Below are positions 26,001 through 35,950 of a stretch of DNA of 63,897 nucleotides, in pieces. The position numbers and the translations under genes are program-made. The DNA lies in NCBI RefSeq assembly GCF_001194135.2, contig NC_068981.1, positions 41,256,103 to 41,319,999 on the forward strand, in the 5' to 3' direction. The notes below the pieces were generated by a model that ran no database searches, had not been told where the DNA came from, and was given only the letters and a program-made list of their open reading frames with translations. Numbering within the stretch: the stretch's first letter is position 1; the number at the start of each line of letters is the position of its first letter. The DNA is from Octopus bimaculoides (taxonomy: Eukaryota).

Positions 26001-29000
26001 TTACTAACGTAAATGCTTCAGTTATGCTTTATATAGTGTATGGGTGAGATGTGGATGTAAAATAGTTGTATTACGTGGATTTGAATGAAAAAACATAGGG
26101 GATGGATATACTATTAATTTGTTCAAAGAAACAAATATGATTGTAGTAGTGTAACAGTAATGTCTGTTGGCTTAGTCGGGGTAATGTTTTGAACAAATTT
26201 GTATCATGCTTGTTAAAATTAGATATTTTTTGGCATGATATACTTAGCAACACTTACAAATATTTTCCAAATGTAAAAGCTTATTCAAATCAATTTAATG
26301 TAAATTAAAATGAACTTCAAAAATATATTGCAATGTTGAAAGAAGAATTTTCCAAGTGAGGTAAAGGTTTTGAAACCTAACTTGATTGATTTGAAAATGA
26401 ACCCATTTGATCTATCACTTTTTGAGTGGATGCACGTCGATAGTTTTGAAATGGCAATGATAGAATTAACAACTTCAAAATTGTGGAAAACAAAATTTGT
26501 GGAATTACAAAAAACTCTTGGAAGAAGCTGCTTGGAGAAGTCTGTTGCCATCTTCAATTGCTGGATGTCATTGTCTGAAAGATTTAATTCTTTGAAGAAA
26601 ATCTCATATGCTCTGCTTTCAGCCTTTGGCTCAACATATACATGCAAGCAAATTTTTTCACATAAGAAGTCTGTTTTGAGTCCACAAAGAAGTTGTCTGA
26701 CAATTCAACATTCGGAAGCTTGTGTAAAGCTAAAAGTCATAAATTATGCACCTGATATTGAGAAATTAAACAAAAACGTACAGGGACATGGTTCTCATTA
26801 ATTTATAGAAATTTAATGTAACTGTTGTTTATAACTTGTTTATAATTTGAAAAAAAATTTTTAATTAATTTTTTAAATAAAATTATATTTGTTTCCCTAC
26901 AATTTGAGTTATTAAAGGACTAATAAAATGTATTTCGGTTATAGCAAGTTTCAAAAGCATAAACTCTACTAATAAAAGTAGTAATACGAGGTTGGCACGC
27001 ACAATGCTTTTGAAAGCTAGGTTTGGCACTCCTTTATCAAAAGGTTGCTGACACCTGACCTAGAGAATGCTTTTGATAGAACCTGTGCCCTGTGAGTGGA
27101 TGAATGGCTTGTGATAAAGAGCTGTATTAGCCATGTACAGATGTGCAGTCAGGTGAAATGAAAGCAGTAAACAGAATGATGAACTGAGTGAGAAGATGGG
27201 AGATGCATACCAGGTCTCAGTCTGTACCTCCTTCAGTTCATTATAGTCCTGCAAGCCACAATAGAACAGTTTAAACCCAGCAGCCCAGGGAGTTCCTTTA
27301 AGCAAAGACCTAGTTTTTATAGCTGAATCTGTGATAGAGTTAAATACACAGAAACAAAACCTGAAATCAAGAGGACTCAAGTGAAATTTGAAATCACTAA
27401 AGTATTAGTAAATAGAAAAGATAGGACACAATTGCAATCAGGAGAATGACCTTGCCCTGTGTGAAAAAAAGTAGTAGGTAAGAATTCTATACAATTTGGC
27501 CAGTGTTAAGCATAAAAGGTGTAGTGAAATCACAGGTTGGCTAACAGAAAAGAAAAAGATTCATATGCAACAGGTGCACATGGGTAGTAAGTACTGAGAG
27601 TATACAGAAAATAGATTTTTTCCCTGTACCCAGATTTTGCTCCCGAGAAGTAGTCAATAGCTCTTGTTACCTAGAAGACCTAAATAATAGCGGAGAAAGG
27701 TATTCTGGATGTATAGTAGTCAGAGTAAAAATTAGCTGGAAAAAGGTCAGGACATGTAAAGAATGCAAGATGCAGCAACAAGCATGCTCTCAATTAATTC
27801 TTCCTCACCATGTTTGTTCCCACCTATCTTATATGAGGAATGGTCTTCTCAGTAATCAATGGCATCAATAGGAAGTAATTAGAAAATTGAAATTCTCAGA
27901 TATGAGAAAACAGCTACTGCCAACACTATATAAAATCACCTACACACACACTCATTCACATTACAATTTATATATAGAGATATATTCACTTGTGTGTGTG
28001 TGTGTAAACAGACGTCAACATAGACAATTTGTATATAATCACCATTCTACATCTGCTTTCTATGTTGACATGAGCTGGACAAGTTATCACAGTTTGAGTC
28101 AGTTCTTATTCAGAACTTTCCTAAACAGGTTGGAGGACAATATCTCACATAGACATTCCATTTTTGGCATGGTTTCTACAACTGGCTGCTTTTCTAACAC
28201 CATTCAATTTTTGGACTATATTGGGTGTACTAGAAGCTGTCATGTCCTTGGCAAGATTAAAGATCCTCTTAATTTTACATTGTTTCCTCATGCTCACCAA
28301 TCACTTTACAGAATATGTCAGTTGCATTTCATCATGGTACCAACACTTCTGGAACTGCTTGTAATCCCACAAGACTAAAGAGTCCTCATTATTTTGTTTT
28401 TCTTTATTCAAGAGGTGACTGAGTGAGTTGATAAGAGAAAGAGTAGTGAATCAGAGTGAGAGTTAAGAAAAACAAGAGTATGGTGGAAACAGAGTAATTG
28501 AGGTGAGACAGTAGTAAAGAAAGAAGAAATGGAAGAGAGACAGTGATTACAGTTACATGCTTGCTGGAAGAGTGAGAGTTAATGATGTATAGTAATGGAG
28601 ACAAGTGAGGATGAGAATGACGGCAGAGAGGGAGTGATGGCCAGGTGTTCAGAAGGGTGAGGATTAGTATATGAGTACATCCAATGCAATCCCATGTTAC
28701 ACAGACATCTGAAGGGAAAGAGAGATTGAGTAATAAGGAAGGTGGAAGTGGGTGTTGAAGATGGAAAATCCAATGCTATCCTTTGATATATGGGTGGGAA
28801 AGTACAATAGGAGAGAGTGTGATAGAGAGGTGGGAGGGTATTGAAGAGGTGGGGGAGTGTGACAGCAGTTGAAGACTTTTCAGGAACATAATGTTTGTGA
28901 GAGATCATATGTAGATATATTGTACAACTCAACCTCTATCACTAATACAGCAAGTTAGTCTACCCAAATCTCAACCAAGCCCCAAGTAGTAGTGACTCGA

Positions 29001-32000
29001 CAGATAGCTAAAGGGAACAGCTAGCTGCTGCTGAAATCCTAAGTGGAGATTTTATATATATATATATATATATATAGTTATCTAAAATCCATGAGTCAAC
29101 AAAAACAAGCATTCATATATTAATTGAGTGGATATATTATTAATAGATACAATAAGGCGTCGAGTTGGCAGAATCGTTAGCATGCTGGGCATTACAGAGT
29201 AACTAAAGGGGTGCTCCAATGTTTATATTCATGGTGCAGTCAGCCAGTATGCTAGGGAAAAGTCTGTGCTCATGGGGGCAGGCCAGATGGAGAGAGCTCT
29301 TTAGTATGATCGTTTTCTCAATCAAGCAGAGCCTGCATCTCCTACTGCTGTTAAAGTAAGGTTTACACTTTTCCAGTAACCTCTACTAGATATCATGTGC
29401 AGCATTTTTCTTCAATGTCTATATGTGGTTTACTATAGATGTAACATTTATCTCTGTTAGATGTAAAAAAGGAGTGGAGGTTGTTGAATCTGGTCCTGAA
29501 AGACCAATCACATCCACATATTTTCACACATCCATCACTCCACCGGGCTCCTTTGATGCCTCCTCCAACTCATACACAATGATTTTGGCAGACATTACTT
29601 TTGTTTCAGGTTTGGACCTACCTGGTAATATTCTTTTTATGCTAGGAGCATAGCTAAAAGAGACAGTCAGGATGAGTCTGTTAAATATTTTCCTGTATCT
29701 ATGAGTTTAGGGGCAGTGTTTATTAACTAAATTCAGGAAGATTCAGGCTACACAAGACTTTATGTTCATAGACAATAGAAGTGTAAACCATGAAGTTGCA
29801 TTTTCTCTTATTGGGGTTAGGGACAGGCATATACTTAATCTTATTCTTAAAACTAGTATAGAGCTGAAGCATGAAAAATATCCCTACTCAAAGACAGGCT
29901 GGAGATTTTTCTGTAAATTATGGCAAACCCACAGACCAAATGTGACACTTTCAGATCTCCTGTGACAAAGACCCCACACCATATTATTCTTTCCAGCATT
30001 TTCTGAAGATTGCCAGAGTTATCTCAACACTCAGTATGAAACCAATTGGTAAAGTGGCTGACATGAGAATACTGTAATTCAATAATAATGATACCAAATT
30101 TTGGCAGAAGACCAGCAAGTTCAGAGGAAGGAATGAGTCTATTATATCGACCCCAGTGCTGAACCGGTACTTATTTTATCAACCTAGAAAGGATGAAAGG
30201 CAAAGTTCATCTCAGCGGAATTTGAACTCACAAATTAAAGACAGACAGAATGCTGCTAAGCATTTTGTCTGGCATGTTAACAATTCTGCCAGCTCGCTGC
30301 CTTCATCATCATCATCGTTTAACGTCCGCTTTCCATGCTAGCATGGGTTGGACGATTTGACTGAGGGCTGGGGAAACCGGATGGCAACACCAGGCTCCAA
30401 TCTAAATTTGGCAGAGTTTCTACAGCTGGATGCCCTTCCTAACGCCAACCACTCAGAGAGTGTAGTGGGTGCTTTTACGTGTCACCTGCACGAAGGCCAG
30501 TCAGGCGATACTGGCAACGGCCACGCTCGAAATGGTGTCTTTTATGTGCCACCCACACAAGCCAGTCCAGGGGCACTGGCAACGATCTCGCTCGAAAATC
30601 CTACGAAGGCCAGTCAGGCGGTACTGGCAACGGCCACGCTCAAAATGGTGCATCTTATGTGCCACTCGCACAAGAGCCAGTCCAGGGGCACTGGCAACGA
30701 TCTTACTTGGCTTGCCGGGTCTTCAGGCACAAGGCCTGAAATTTCTGGGAGAGAGTAAGTCGAGTACATCAACCCTAATAAACCTGAAATGTGGGGTGAG
30801 GGGGATAGTCGATTGCATCGACTCCTGTGTTTCACTGGTACTTAGCCTTTCGAGCCCGAAAAGATGAAAGGCAAAGTCGATCTTAGTAGAATCTGAACTC
30901 AGAACATGAAGATGGACGAAATGCCTCTAAGAATTCTAACCGGTGTGCTAACGATTCTGCGAGTTCGCCACCTTAATAATAATCCTTTCTACAATAGGCA
31001 CAAGGACTGAAATTTTGAGGGAGGGGGCTACTTGATTACATCAGCCCCAGTACTTGACTGGTACTTACGTACGTACGTATATATGCATGGACATATCTAC
31101 ACACGCGCTCCCCTTGACTATGTTTCCTCATAATTTCCTGAAAAAAGGGTATGTTTTTATTTTCCAAATACGCTTCAGGTGGAGTAGATTCCCATTATAT
31201 CGCAATTTACACATACACATATCACTATATATACTAAATAAATCTTGTATTTGTAGAAAATTTCATTAAAAAAAATAGCCATTTTTCAGAAAGTTATAAG
31301 AAACAAACCGACACATGGATTTTCCAAAACAATTCTCCCAATCCCTGAGAAAAAATGTTCCAAGACAAATTCCGATATAATCAGAATCCACACCATATGA
31401 AGCGAATTTGTATAAAATTTCATTAAAAAATAGGTAAATTTTTAAAATATTCGTTGTTCGTAAAGTTATGAGGAAACAAAATCGGGGTGGGGCACATGTG
31501 GGTAAAACTGTTAATCTAGTCCTCATTACTTTTATTAACACTGGAAAGCACAAAATTTTTCAAAATAAATAGTAAAATTGGGTTTTGCGTATGTGCTGAA
31601 GTAATATTCAATAAAATTAGGCACAATTTATATGTATTATTGGTTAAGGCTCAGTTAGAGTTTACATTGGCGTTAGTGGTTAAGGAAAAGGATGGTCACG
31701 GTTGGAAAGTTGCATGTGTCGAAATTTCATTGGCCATACGCAAAAACAAAATGAATGAATGAATGAATGTTTTCGTAAACATTTCTTTCATACCACAAAA
31801 TCCAGAATATCGGATTTTTTTCTCTCGTACAATCGTAATCTTTCGCATTTAAAATAAAAATGATTTACGAAAACTGACAAAAGCAAAACAAAAAAAAAAA
31901 ATTGTTTATCACAGGATGCGTGATCCGAAACGAAGAAAGAAGAAAATTAAAATTTCGATTTTTTTCTTTTGCAGAACTACAAGCTACGAAGATTAATACA

Positions 32001-32789
32001 AAAATCTACGTTACGGTCGGGGTGCTCATCCCAAAATTCCGCCCTTCTTTTCATCGCAATGAATGAAAATCGGAATATGGGGGAATTAATTAATTTATTT
32101 AAATACGGGGGGGGGGTAATTAATTTATAACTCGGGTTTTAAAATGAAAGCTAAATTCGGAGGAAACGCATATATGACACGCGTACAACAATCTGTAGGA
32201 TCGATAAACCACCACTTGAATGGACTTACTAAGATAGAAACAATTCGATTTTTACTTTTTTAATCGAACAAACTGAACTTTATTCCTAGTACAGTAAACC
32301 ACAGTTTTACGTTCCCTATCTCGCAAGATTTGCGATAATTTTAAGTATTCTTCGATTCTACAAAGTTACATTCTAGTCGTAAGTGAAAGGTTTGAAAGTA
32401 AAAGTGGGCGAAAGTAAAGAATACGTACATTCAGTGGTTAGGGTTTTTGTTAGGTCGAAAACGGGTGGTGTACGTATTCTTGTATGTAGGTTTCATTCGT
32501 TTCCGTATGTAGTGATCTTATTCATTAGTTTCTTTAGCGGGAAAAGAATGAACACCAAAAGCTTTAAATCTCCAGCCTCCTTCATACATATTACCATGTT
32601 TAGTCAAGTGAATCAGATACTGTCATTAACTACGATCAGGAAAAATTGGCTCGTAACATAAACATGTGAGCTTTAAAGTGAGAATTCTTGACTAATACTA
32701 TTATCATTCATTACGAAAAAGATGGATAAAAATAAATTCATACATAAAAGATTTCCTTAAATACATATTCAGCTTCGACTCGAAATCTA

Positions 32790-32832
<43 letters not shown>

Positions 32833-32864
32833 TCTTTTGAATATGAAAATTTAAAAGTTTAAAA

Positions 32865-32899
<35 letters not shown>

Positions 32900-33462
32900 T
32901 TGAACATACGAAGACAAGTCGAATAATTGTGGGCGTTGCTGAGGGTTATACAAGAAAATAATTTTTTTAACATACACTCAGTGGCATTGTGTGTGTATAT
33001 ATATATATATACATGGCGTATATAAGCACGAAAGTACAGAAGATATCTTAGAAATGCTCTTGCAAACTAGCTTCTTGAAAGGCTTCTAATTAAGGAAGTC
33101 GTTGAACCAAGTAAACTGTCACCTGGATCTGAATGTCCGAATGAATATACACAGACATACACAGATAAGCAATTCTATGTAGCATGCAGGCGTTATTTTT
33201 CATAGCCATATACCAAGAGGCAATGAAGAAACTATTCATCTATAAAACCGATAATTTTAAAAGAAAAAAAACGTTATAGTAATAGGTAGGATTTCTTTCG
33301 AACAAGAATAAAAAATAAAGAGGAGGGCATTTTTTTGCTTTGCACTCTCCTCAAAAGACTTACAATGTGGCTTCCAGCATTTTGTGCACTTTCAATTACA
33401 CATGTCAGAGGAATTGTATCGTCCAAAACTTTGCTGCTGTGATTGGTCTCGAACACGGCCAT
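1519..33462 (-). CDS. PXK: PX domain-containing protein kinase-like protein (PXK/MONaKA), multi-exon gene, 3' end incomplete
   Basis: Exons (minus): 33364-33462, 24448-24636, 20370-20466, 19135-19212, 16846-16919, 16249-16323, 12751-12997, 8669-8793, 7641-7758, 4321-4399, 2886-3012, 1519-1602. All introns are GT-AG with matching phases; total 1392 nt = 464 aa. Translation is collinear with vertebrate PXK as I recall it (LDDTIPLT, RYSDF, PPKKMFGNMEREFVAERQ, FRSEPKWEVVEPL, GRQILEVLKFL, GHLHAGN, FKIPSKLKE). Confidence 0.96.
2886..3012 (-). CDS. PXK: PXK exon 11: FFSSIVLPQSDKPIFKIPSKLKESIKSAKELMEKHLKEEQKL
   Basis: Acceptor ttttattccag, donor gtgtgt; 127 nt. Confidence 0.93.
3130..4180 (+). mobile_element. 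Degenerate RTE LINE RT fragment
   Basis: Frameshifted remnants of MKVTER..EMQFGFVPG, F.DLEKAFDR, LYADDL, GLKVN..KTK, WPC..C.KGVG. Confidence 0.8.
4321..4399 (-). CDS. PXK: PXK exon 10: (R)SVLELLLSSEACKNELPTINDLLNH(P)
   Basis: Acceptor cttatccag, donor gtaagt; 79 nt. Confidence 0.93.
4660..4890 (-). mobile_element. tRNA-headed SINE (family A)
   Basis: aaggtggcgagctggcagaa...gagttctatttccgccaaggtcgactctgcctttcatcc...gcactggggtcgg; recurs at 30135-30300 and 30820-30975. Confidence 0.75.
5990..7600 (-). mobile_element. Old APE-endonuclease LINE remnant, interrupted by a 28S rRNA fragment
   Basis: Minus-strand remnants LSTCKPHIIFLCDTNLS, KGGICVF, FYCCNYFCPNSSNH match the APE domain pattern (KPHLLFLTETQ / KAGCCVYV / ICAVYLSPNSS). 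Heavily decayed; clade unresolved. Confidence 0.6.
7312..7450 (-). rRNA. 28S rRNA fragment (pseudogene, ~140 bp, domain V region)
   Basis: Reverse complement GGGGAGTTTGACTGGGGCGGTACGTCTGTCAAAGGGTAACGCAGGTGTCCCAAGGCGAGCTCAG...GGGCAAAAGCTCGCT...GATTTTCAGTAC matches the conserved eukaryotic LSU sequence. Confidence 0.92.
7641..7758 (-). CDS. PXK: PXK exon 9: KMESIEVYSFGRLLYEMAFGEQLLKATCDTFPQHCPPDL
   Basis: Acceptor tctcttgtag, donor gttagt; 118 nt. Confidence 0.93.
7844..7985 (+). mobile_element. tRNA-headed SINE (family B), decayed
   Basis: ggttaagtagtttgcttc...gcaccttgggcaagtgtcttt...gctttgtgagtgga; other copies at about 12290-12680 (-), 21915-21995, 52845-52990, 63250-63360 (-). Confidence 0.7.
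8060..8455 (-). mobile_element. RTE 3'-UTR fragment
   Basis: tttccatgctggcatgggttggacggtttgactg motif, which forms the 3' UTR of the RTE at 22985-24330. Confidence 0.7.
8669..8793 (-). CDS. PXK: PXK exon 8: (G)HLHAGNIVVNRETCQLLDLENWILGLPSYYKSFFVQFKKLQ
   Basis: Acceptor cttttgtag, donor gtatta; 125 nt; degenerate catalytic loop and DLE in place of DFG, as in PXK. Confidence 0.95.
10480..11334 (-). mobile_element. RTE LINE RT fragment (second RTE family)
   Basis: ORF 10813-11073: PNDWALSVVVLIFRGKG..CGAYRGVKLLEHAMKIVEKVLE..VDEMQFGFMPGKGTIDAMF. Confidence 0.85.
11335..12255 (-). mobile_element. RTE LINE RT fragment
   Basis: ORF 11677-12051: MQFGFVPGRSTTDAIFLVRQLQEKY..YLAFVDLEKAFDRVP; frameshifted continuation to WPCLICRKGVG. 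Confidence 0.9.
12290..12680 (-). mobile_element. SINE (family B) spanning an assembly gap
   Basis: Head (ggcatggttgtgtgtaagaagtttgcttcccaaccacatggtcccgagttcagtcccactg) and tail (gctttgtgagtggatttggtagacagaaactggaagaagtcc) lie either side of the N-run. Confidence 0.7.
12751..12997 (-). CDS. PXK: PXK exon 7 (pseudokinase domain): HPFIAPMEF...GRQILEVLKFLYDKGLPY
   Basis: Acceptor cttttatag, donor gtaagt; 247 nt; overlaps ORF 12737-12979. Confidence 0.96.
13528..13760. repeat. Imperfect ~230-bp palindrome (foldback)
   Basis: Arm ...gtgaagggtgtgttgtcatgtatctgtacatacataaata... pairs with ...tatttatgtatgtatacatgacaacacaccccttcac...; symmetry runs inward to a ~12-nt centre (atgtctaagtgg). Confidence 0.85.
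13960..15290 (+). mobile_element. Helitron Rep/helicase fragment (pseudogenised)
   Basis: Frameshifted NVEFCNSV.FIKYVCKYINKG, DEVAQY..GRYINTNEA, IHER.P.IIHLSIHLENG, GPKSFHDLRRVNG, and Pif1-like FFDAPGNTGKTF...AVASSDFAAT..GGLTAHSAFK. Confidence 0.88.
16249..16323 (-). CDS. PXK: PXK exon 6: NDYGPSKFLPAKELMAVIKLLPNLQ
   Basis: Acceptor ctgttgcag, donor gtaggt; 75 nt. Confidence 0.9.
16846..16919 (-). CDS. PXK: PXK exon 5: (G)WRLRKHYIVVKPYENPKERQLLSW
   Basis: Acceptor tctctttaaag, donor gtatgt; 74 nt. Confidence 0.93.
17200..18295 (-). mobile_element. Decayed RTE 3' portion (UTR about 17200-17400; ORF end about 17780-18295)
   Basis: Shares motifs with the RTE at 22985-24330 (ggttggacagcttgac; gccttttgttaccaacagagg; gatgtggtcatgtgatgcagatggatgagg). 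Confidence 0.65.
19135..19212 (-). CDS. PXK: PXK exon 4: (E)TALQHVSMIFRSEPKWEVVEPLHNL
   Basis: Acceptor atttttag, donor gtgagt; 78 nt; near-identical to vertebrate FRSEPKWEVVEPL. Confidence 0.95.
19330..19900 (-). mobile_element. Probable LINE RT C-terminal remnant
   Basis: Weak remnants resembling DILGV.F..DL.W and LE..QRR; no intact frame. Confidence 0.35.
20370..20466 (-). CDS. PXK: PXK exon 3: QYLNSILEYPLLASSLIVKRFLNAKNYSDNLR
   Basis: Acceptor tattttcag, donor gtaagc; 97 nt; end of the PX domain. Confidence 0.92.
20615..20802 (+). mobile_element. Short RTE 3'-end copy with (ATG)n tail
   Basis: gtgccagtggcatgtaaaaagcacccactacactc...gtccaacccatattagcatggaaaacggacgttaaatgatgatgatgat. Confidence 0.8.
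21189..21440 (+). mobile_element. tRNA-headed SINE (family C) with A/B boxes
   Basis: tggcttcgtgg (A box), gttcaattcc (B box), then ccttgagcaagacact core; related copies at about 47435-47540, 61380-61620 and 43280-43395 (-). Confidence 0.78.
22985..24330 (-). mobile_element. 5'-truncated RTE LINE (~1.35 kb) with ORF end, 3' UTR and (ATG)n tail
   Basis: ORFs 23960-24394 and 23457-23690 (LRVNVAKTK..WPCLICRKGVG; RCLCWYGHVLRMDE..GRGRSMKTW..DRDLWRYAV*), then UTR ending ...catgccagcatggaaaatggacattaaacgatgatg. Confidence 0.9.
24448..24636 (-). CDS. PXK: PXK exon 2 (PX domain): EYIVRVQRG...RYSDF...PPKKMFGNMEREFVAERQLGLQ
   Basis: Acceptor ttttattttcag, donor gtatgt; 189 nt; PX-domain motifs. Confidence 0.95.
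26070..27057 (+). mobile_element. hAT transposon 3' portion (transposase C-terminus and 3' TIR)
   Basis: WLSRGNVL motif; ORF 26370-26801 with dimerisation-domain motif LSAFGSTYTCKQIFS..K; terminus aaggttgctgacacctg followed by acctagag, resembling the Charlie-type NNCTAGNN target. No 5' TIR found. Confidence 0.8.
27270..27760 (+). mobile_element. Decayed RTE RT fragment
   Basis: Nucleotide similarity to the other RTE copies (tttatagctgaatctgtgatagagtt; ccttgccctgtgtg..gtagtaggtaagaattctata). Confidence 0.65.
28400..29000 (-). mobile_element. Probable old APE-LINE remnant
   Basis: Purine-rich plus strand with a texture like 5990-7600; no clean motif. Confidence 0.35.
30135..30300 (-). mobile_element. 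SINE family A copy
   Basis: Similar to 4660-4890. Confidence 0.7.
30302..30725 (-). mobile_element. RTE 3'-UTR element with an internal ~113-bp tandem duplication
   Basis: catcatcatcgtttaacgtccgctttccatgctagcatgggttgg...; two units beginning cgaaggccagtcaggcg(a/g)tactggcaacggccacgctc at about 30491 and 30604. Confidence 0.8.
30820..30975 (-). mobile_element. SINE family A copy
   Basis: gaaaagatgaaaggcaaagtcgatc..tgaactcagaac..gattctgcgagttcgccacctt. Confidence 0.65.
33364..33462 (-). CDS. PXK: PXK exon 1: MAVFETNHSSKVLDDTIPLTCVIESAQNAGSHI
   Basis: ATG at 33462; donor GTAAGT at 33363; phase 0; resembles the PXK N-terminus. Confidence 0.92.
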
Positions 33463-33800
33463 AACACCTCGGTGCTGCGAATGCGAAAAACTGGTTTTCT
33501 GCTCGATGCTATTTTTATGGTAGATAACACTTAACTCAGACACGAGTTTTTGTTTTAAACAGTAGTTTACAATGAAAATAAGTAAAAATAAAAATATGAT
33601 CACAATTAATGAAGGAGGATGGGGTTAATGAACAATAAATAGCGTTAATGTATATGCCAAGACAATCCAAGCTCTGCTGCAATTGTTGTCGTCATCTTGT
33701 TGACACCGGATTCAAAACAAAAACATACAGCAGGCTTGTACTGTACTCGAGATAATGACAACCATTTACACAAAAGACTTTCATCTGAATGACATTGTTT
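33463..33800. promoter_or_regulatory. PXK 5' UTR / promoter region (possibly shared with RENBP)
   Basis: Non-repetitive sequence immediately upstream of the PXK ATG; CpG dinucleotides are visibly more frequent from about 31700 to 33800 than in distal introns (qualitative). Confidence 0.4.
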
Positions 33801-35257
33801 TATTTTATATTTTCCCCTCTTTTTTGTTCAATTTCTTTTAATGTAATTTCATTTACTGTTGTGCTTTTTTTTCTAAATTTACATTGTTTTGATATTGTTG
33901 ATGTATGACAATAATTTTTGTTAAAAAAGAGTGGAATAATCTTATAAAATGCTTTAAATATTTCTGCTGCAAAAATACAGTAGAATATAATATTCTACTG
34001 TTACAAATAAAATATAAATTTAATAGAATTTAAAACAGGATTTTAAAGCATCATTTTGCATGCACTACCTATTGAATATAAAGTTATGAAACCGAAATTC
34101 CGTTTTTCAAATGTAATGAAAATGTAAACAGGTTTTTAAAAAAATCTGTGAAATAAGAAAATTGTTTCTTGGAGTAGAAAATCTTCAAATACTTCACCCT
34201 AAACAGCTTAGTCAAGTCAATATTTCTCTCTAAGTAAAATTCATATGCAGAAATACAAATAAATAATGAAAAAGTATAGAGAATATGGATAATTGTGTTG
34301 AACAAGACTCTGAGTAGTATAATCTATACTCATGGCTGTGTTGGCAGAGTAGTCTGAAGTATTTAGCTCCAAGACAGGTCTGATCAAGCAGACTTATGAT
34401 TTAAAGGTATTCCAACCGTAACCATCCAGTCTTTTTATGTTTTTCAGACATAGTATATCTAAGGTTATATTATCTGCCTGCATTTTTTCCTTAAGAGAGA
34501 ATCTTTGATCTTTCACTTTCAATCGCTAGACTGTTCTCACACTCAGGCATTGCCTTGAAGGGTTTTAGTTAAATACAATTGACCTCAGCATTGACATTTT
34601 TTTTTTTCAGTCAGGTACTTATCCTATCAGTCTCTTTTGCTGAACTGCCAAGTTACAGCGAAATAAACAAACTGACACTGGTTGTCAAGCAGTTGGGGAT
34701 ATGTGTAACAAATAGCAAGGCACACACACACACATACATACACACATCATTGTCATCATTTAACATCTGTCTTCCATGCTGGCATGGGTTGGCTGGTAAG
34801 TCAGTAGACTGTACCAAGCTCCACTGTCTACTTCAGCAAGGTTTTTAATGGCTGGATACCCTTCCTAACACCAACCACTTTACAGTGTGGGCTAGGTGTT
34901 TTTCATGTGGCACCAATGTCGGTTAGGTCACCAAGTAACTTTCAAGACAACAGCTCCTCATGGAGAGTGGGGATATTGAAGGAGGCTGCTTTGTGCCAGG
35001 TGATGAGAGGTTAGTGTATGACAGAGGAACAGAAACAAGTTTTTTGCGGTAGAGGAGATATATATGGGTACCCCAGTTGGGTAAAGAGAAAGCTGGAAAG
35101 AGAAAGAGGGAGAGAAAGAGAGAGAGAGAGCAAGAATAAGAGTGAGCAACAAAGATGGTGGTGATGTGTTAGCGCATATTCTCAAGGTACAAGGATGTGA
35201 ATATAAATGAAATGGTAGGGAGAGCATGAGAAGTGAGTTCATATATACATGTATAAA

Positions 35258-35348
<91 letters not shown>

Positions 35349-35730
35349 NNNNNNNNNNNNNNNNNNNNNNNNNNNNNNNNNNNNNNNNNNNNNNNNNNNN
35401 NNNNNNNNNNNNNNNNNNNNNNNNNNNNNNNNNNNNNNNNNNNNNNNNNNNNNNNNNNNNNNNNNNNNNNNNNNNNNNNNNNNNNNNNNNNNNNNNNNNN
35501 NNNNNNNNNNNNNNNNNNNNNNNNNNNNNNNNNNNNNNNNNNNNNNNNNNNNNNNNNNNNNNNNNNNNNNNNNNNNNNNNNNNNNNNNNNNNNNNNNNNN
35601 NNNNNNNNNNNNNNNNNNNNNNNNNNNNNNNNNNNNNNNNNNNNNNNNNNNNNNNNNNNNNNNNNNNNNNNNNNNNNNNNNNNNNNNNNNNNNNNNNNNN
35701 NNNNNNNNNNNNNNNNNNNNNNNTATATAT

Positions 35731-35815
35731 ATCAGGTCATCCCATAAGTTCTGTCCGATTTTACCTTTTTTGAAATTGAATGAAATTCAATAGTATTTTA
35801 GATTTTCAAAATTGT
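35731..35815. mobile_element. Terminal fragment of the 40814-42096 mariner family
   Basis: TA + tcaggtcatcccataagttctgtcc..ttttacctttttt..aattgaatgaaatt matches the reverse complement of 42030-42096. Confidence 0.8.
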
Positions 35816-35819
35816 CAGT

Positions 35820-35950
35820 TTCAAAATGAGAATCGCAATTTTTGTAATCCTTATGGCGTGTCCATCGGATGATTAAAACTTCCATAACACCGTCTAAGTT
35901 AACCCTCTTCACCTATACAAACCGTCCAATGGACAGGGGACATTTGCTAG
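35820..35950 (+). mobile_element. Helitron 3' terminus
   Basis: Subterminal hairpin cc-gtcca-a-tggac-agg followed about 8 nt later by CTAG|T at 35947-35951. Confidence 0.6.
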
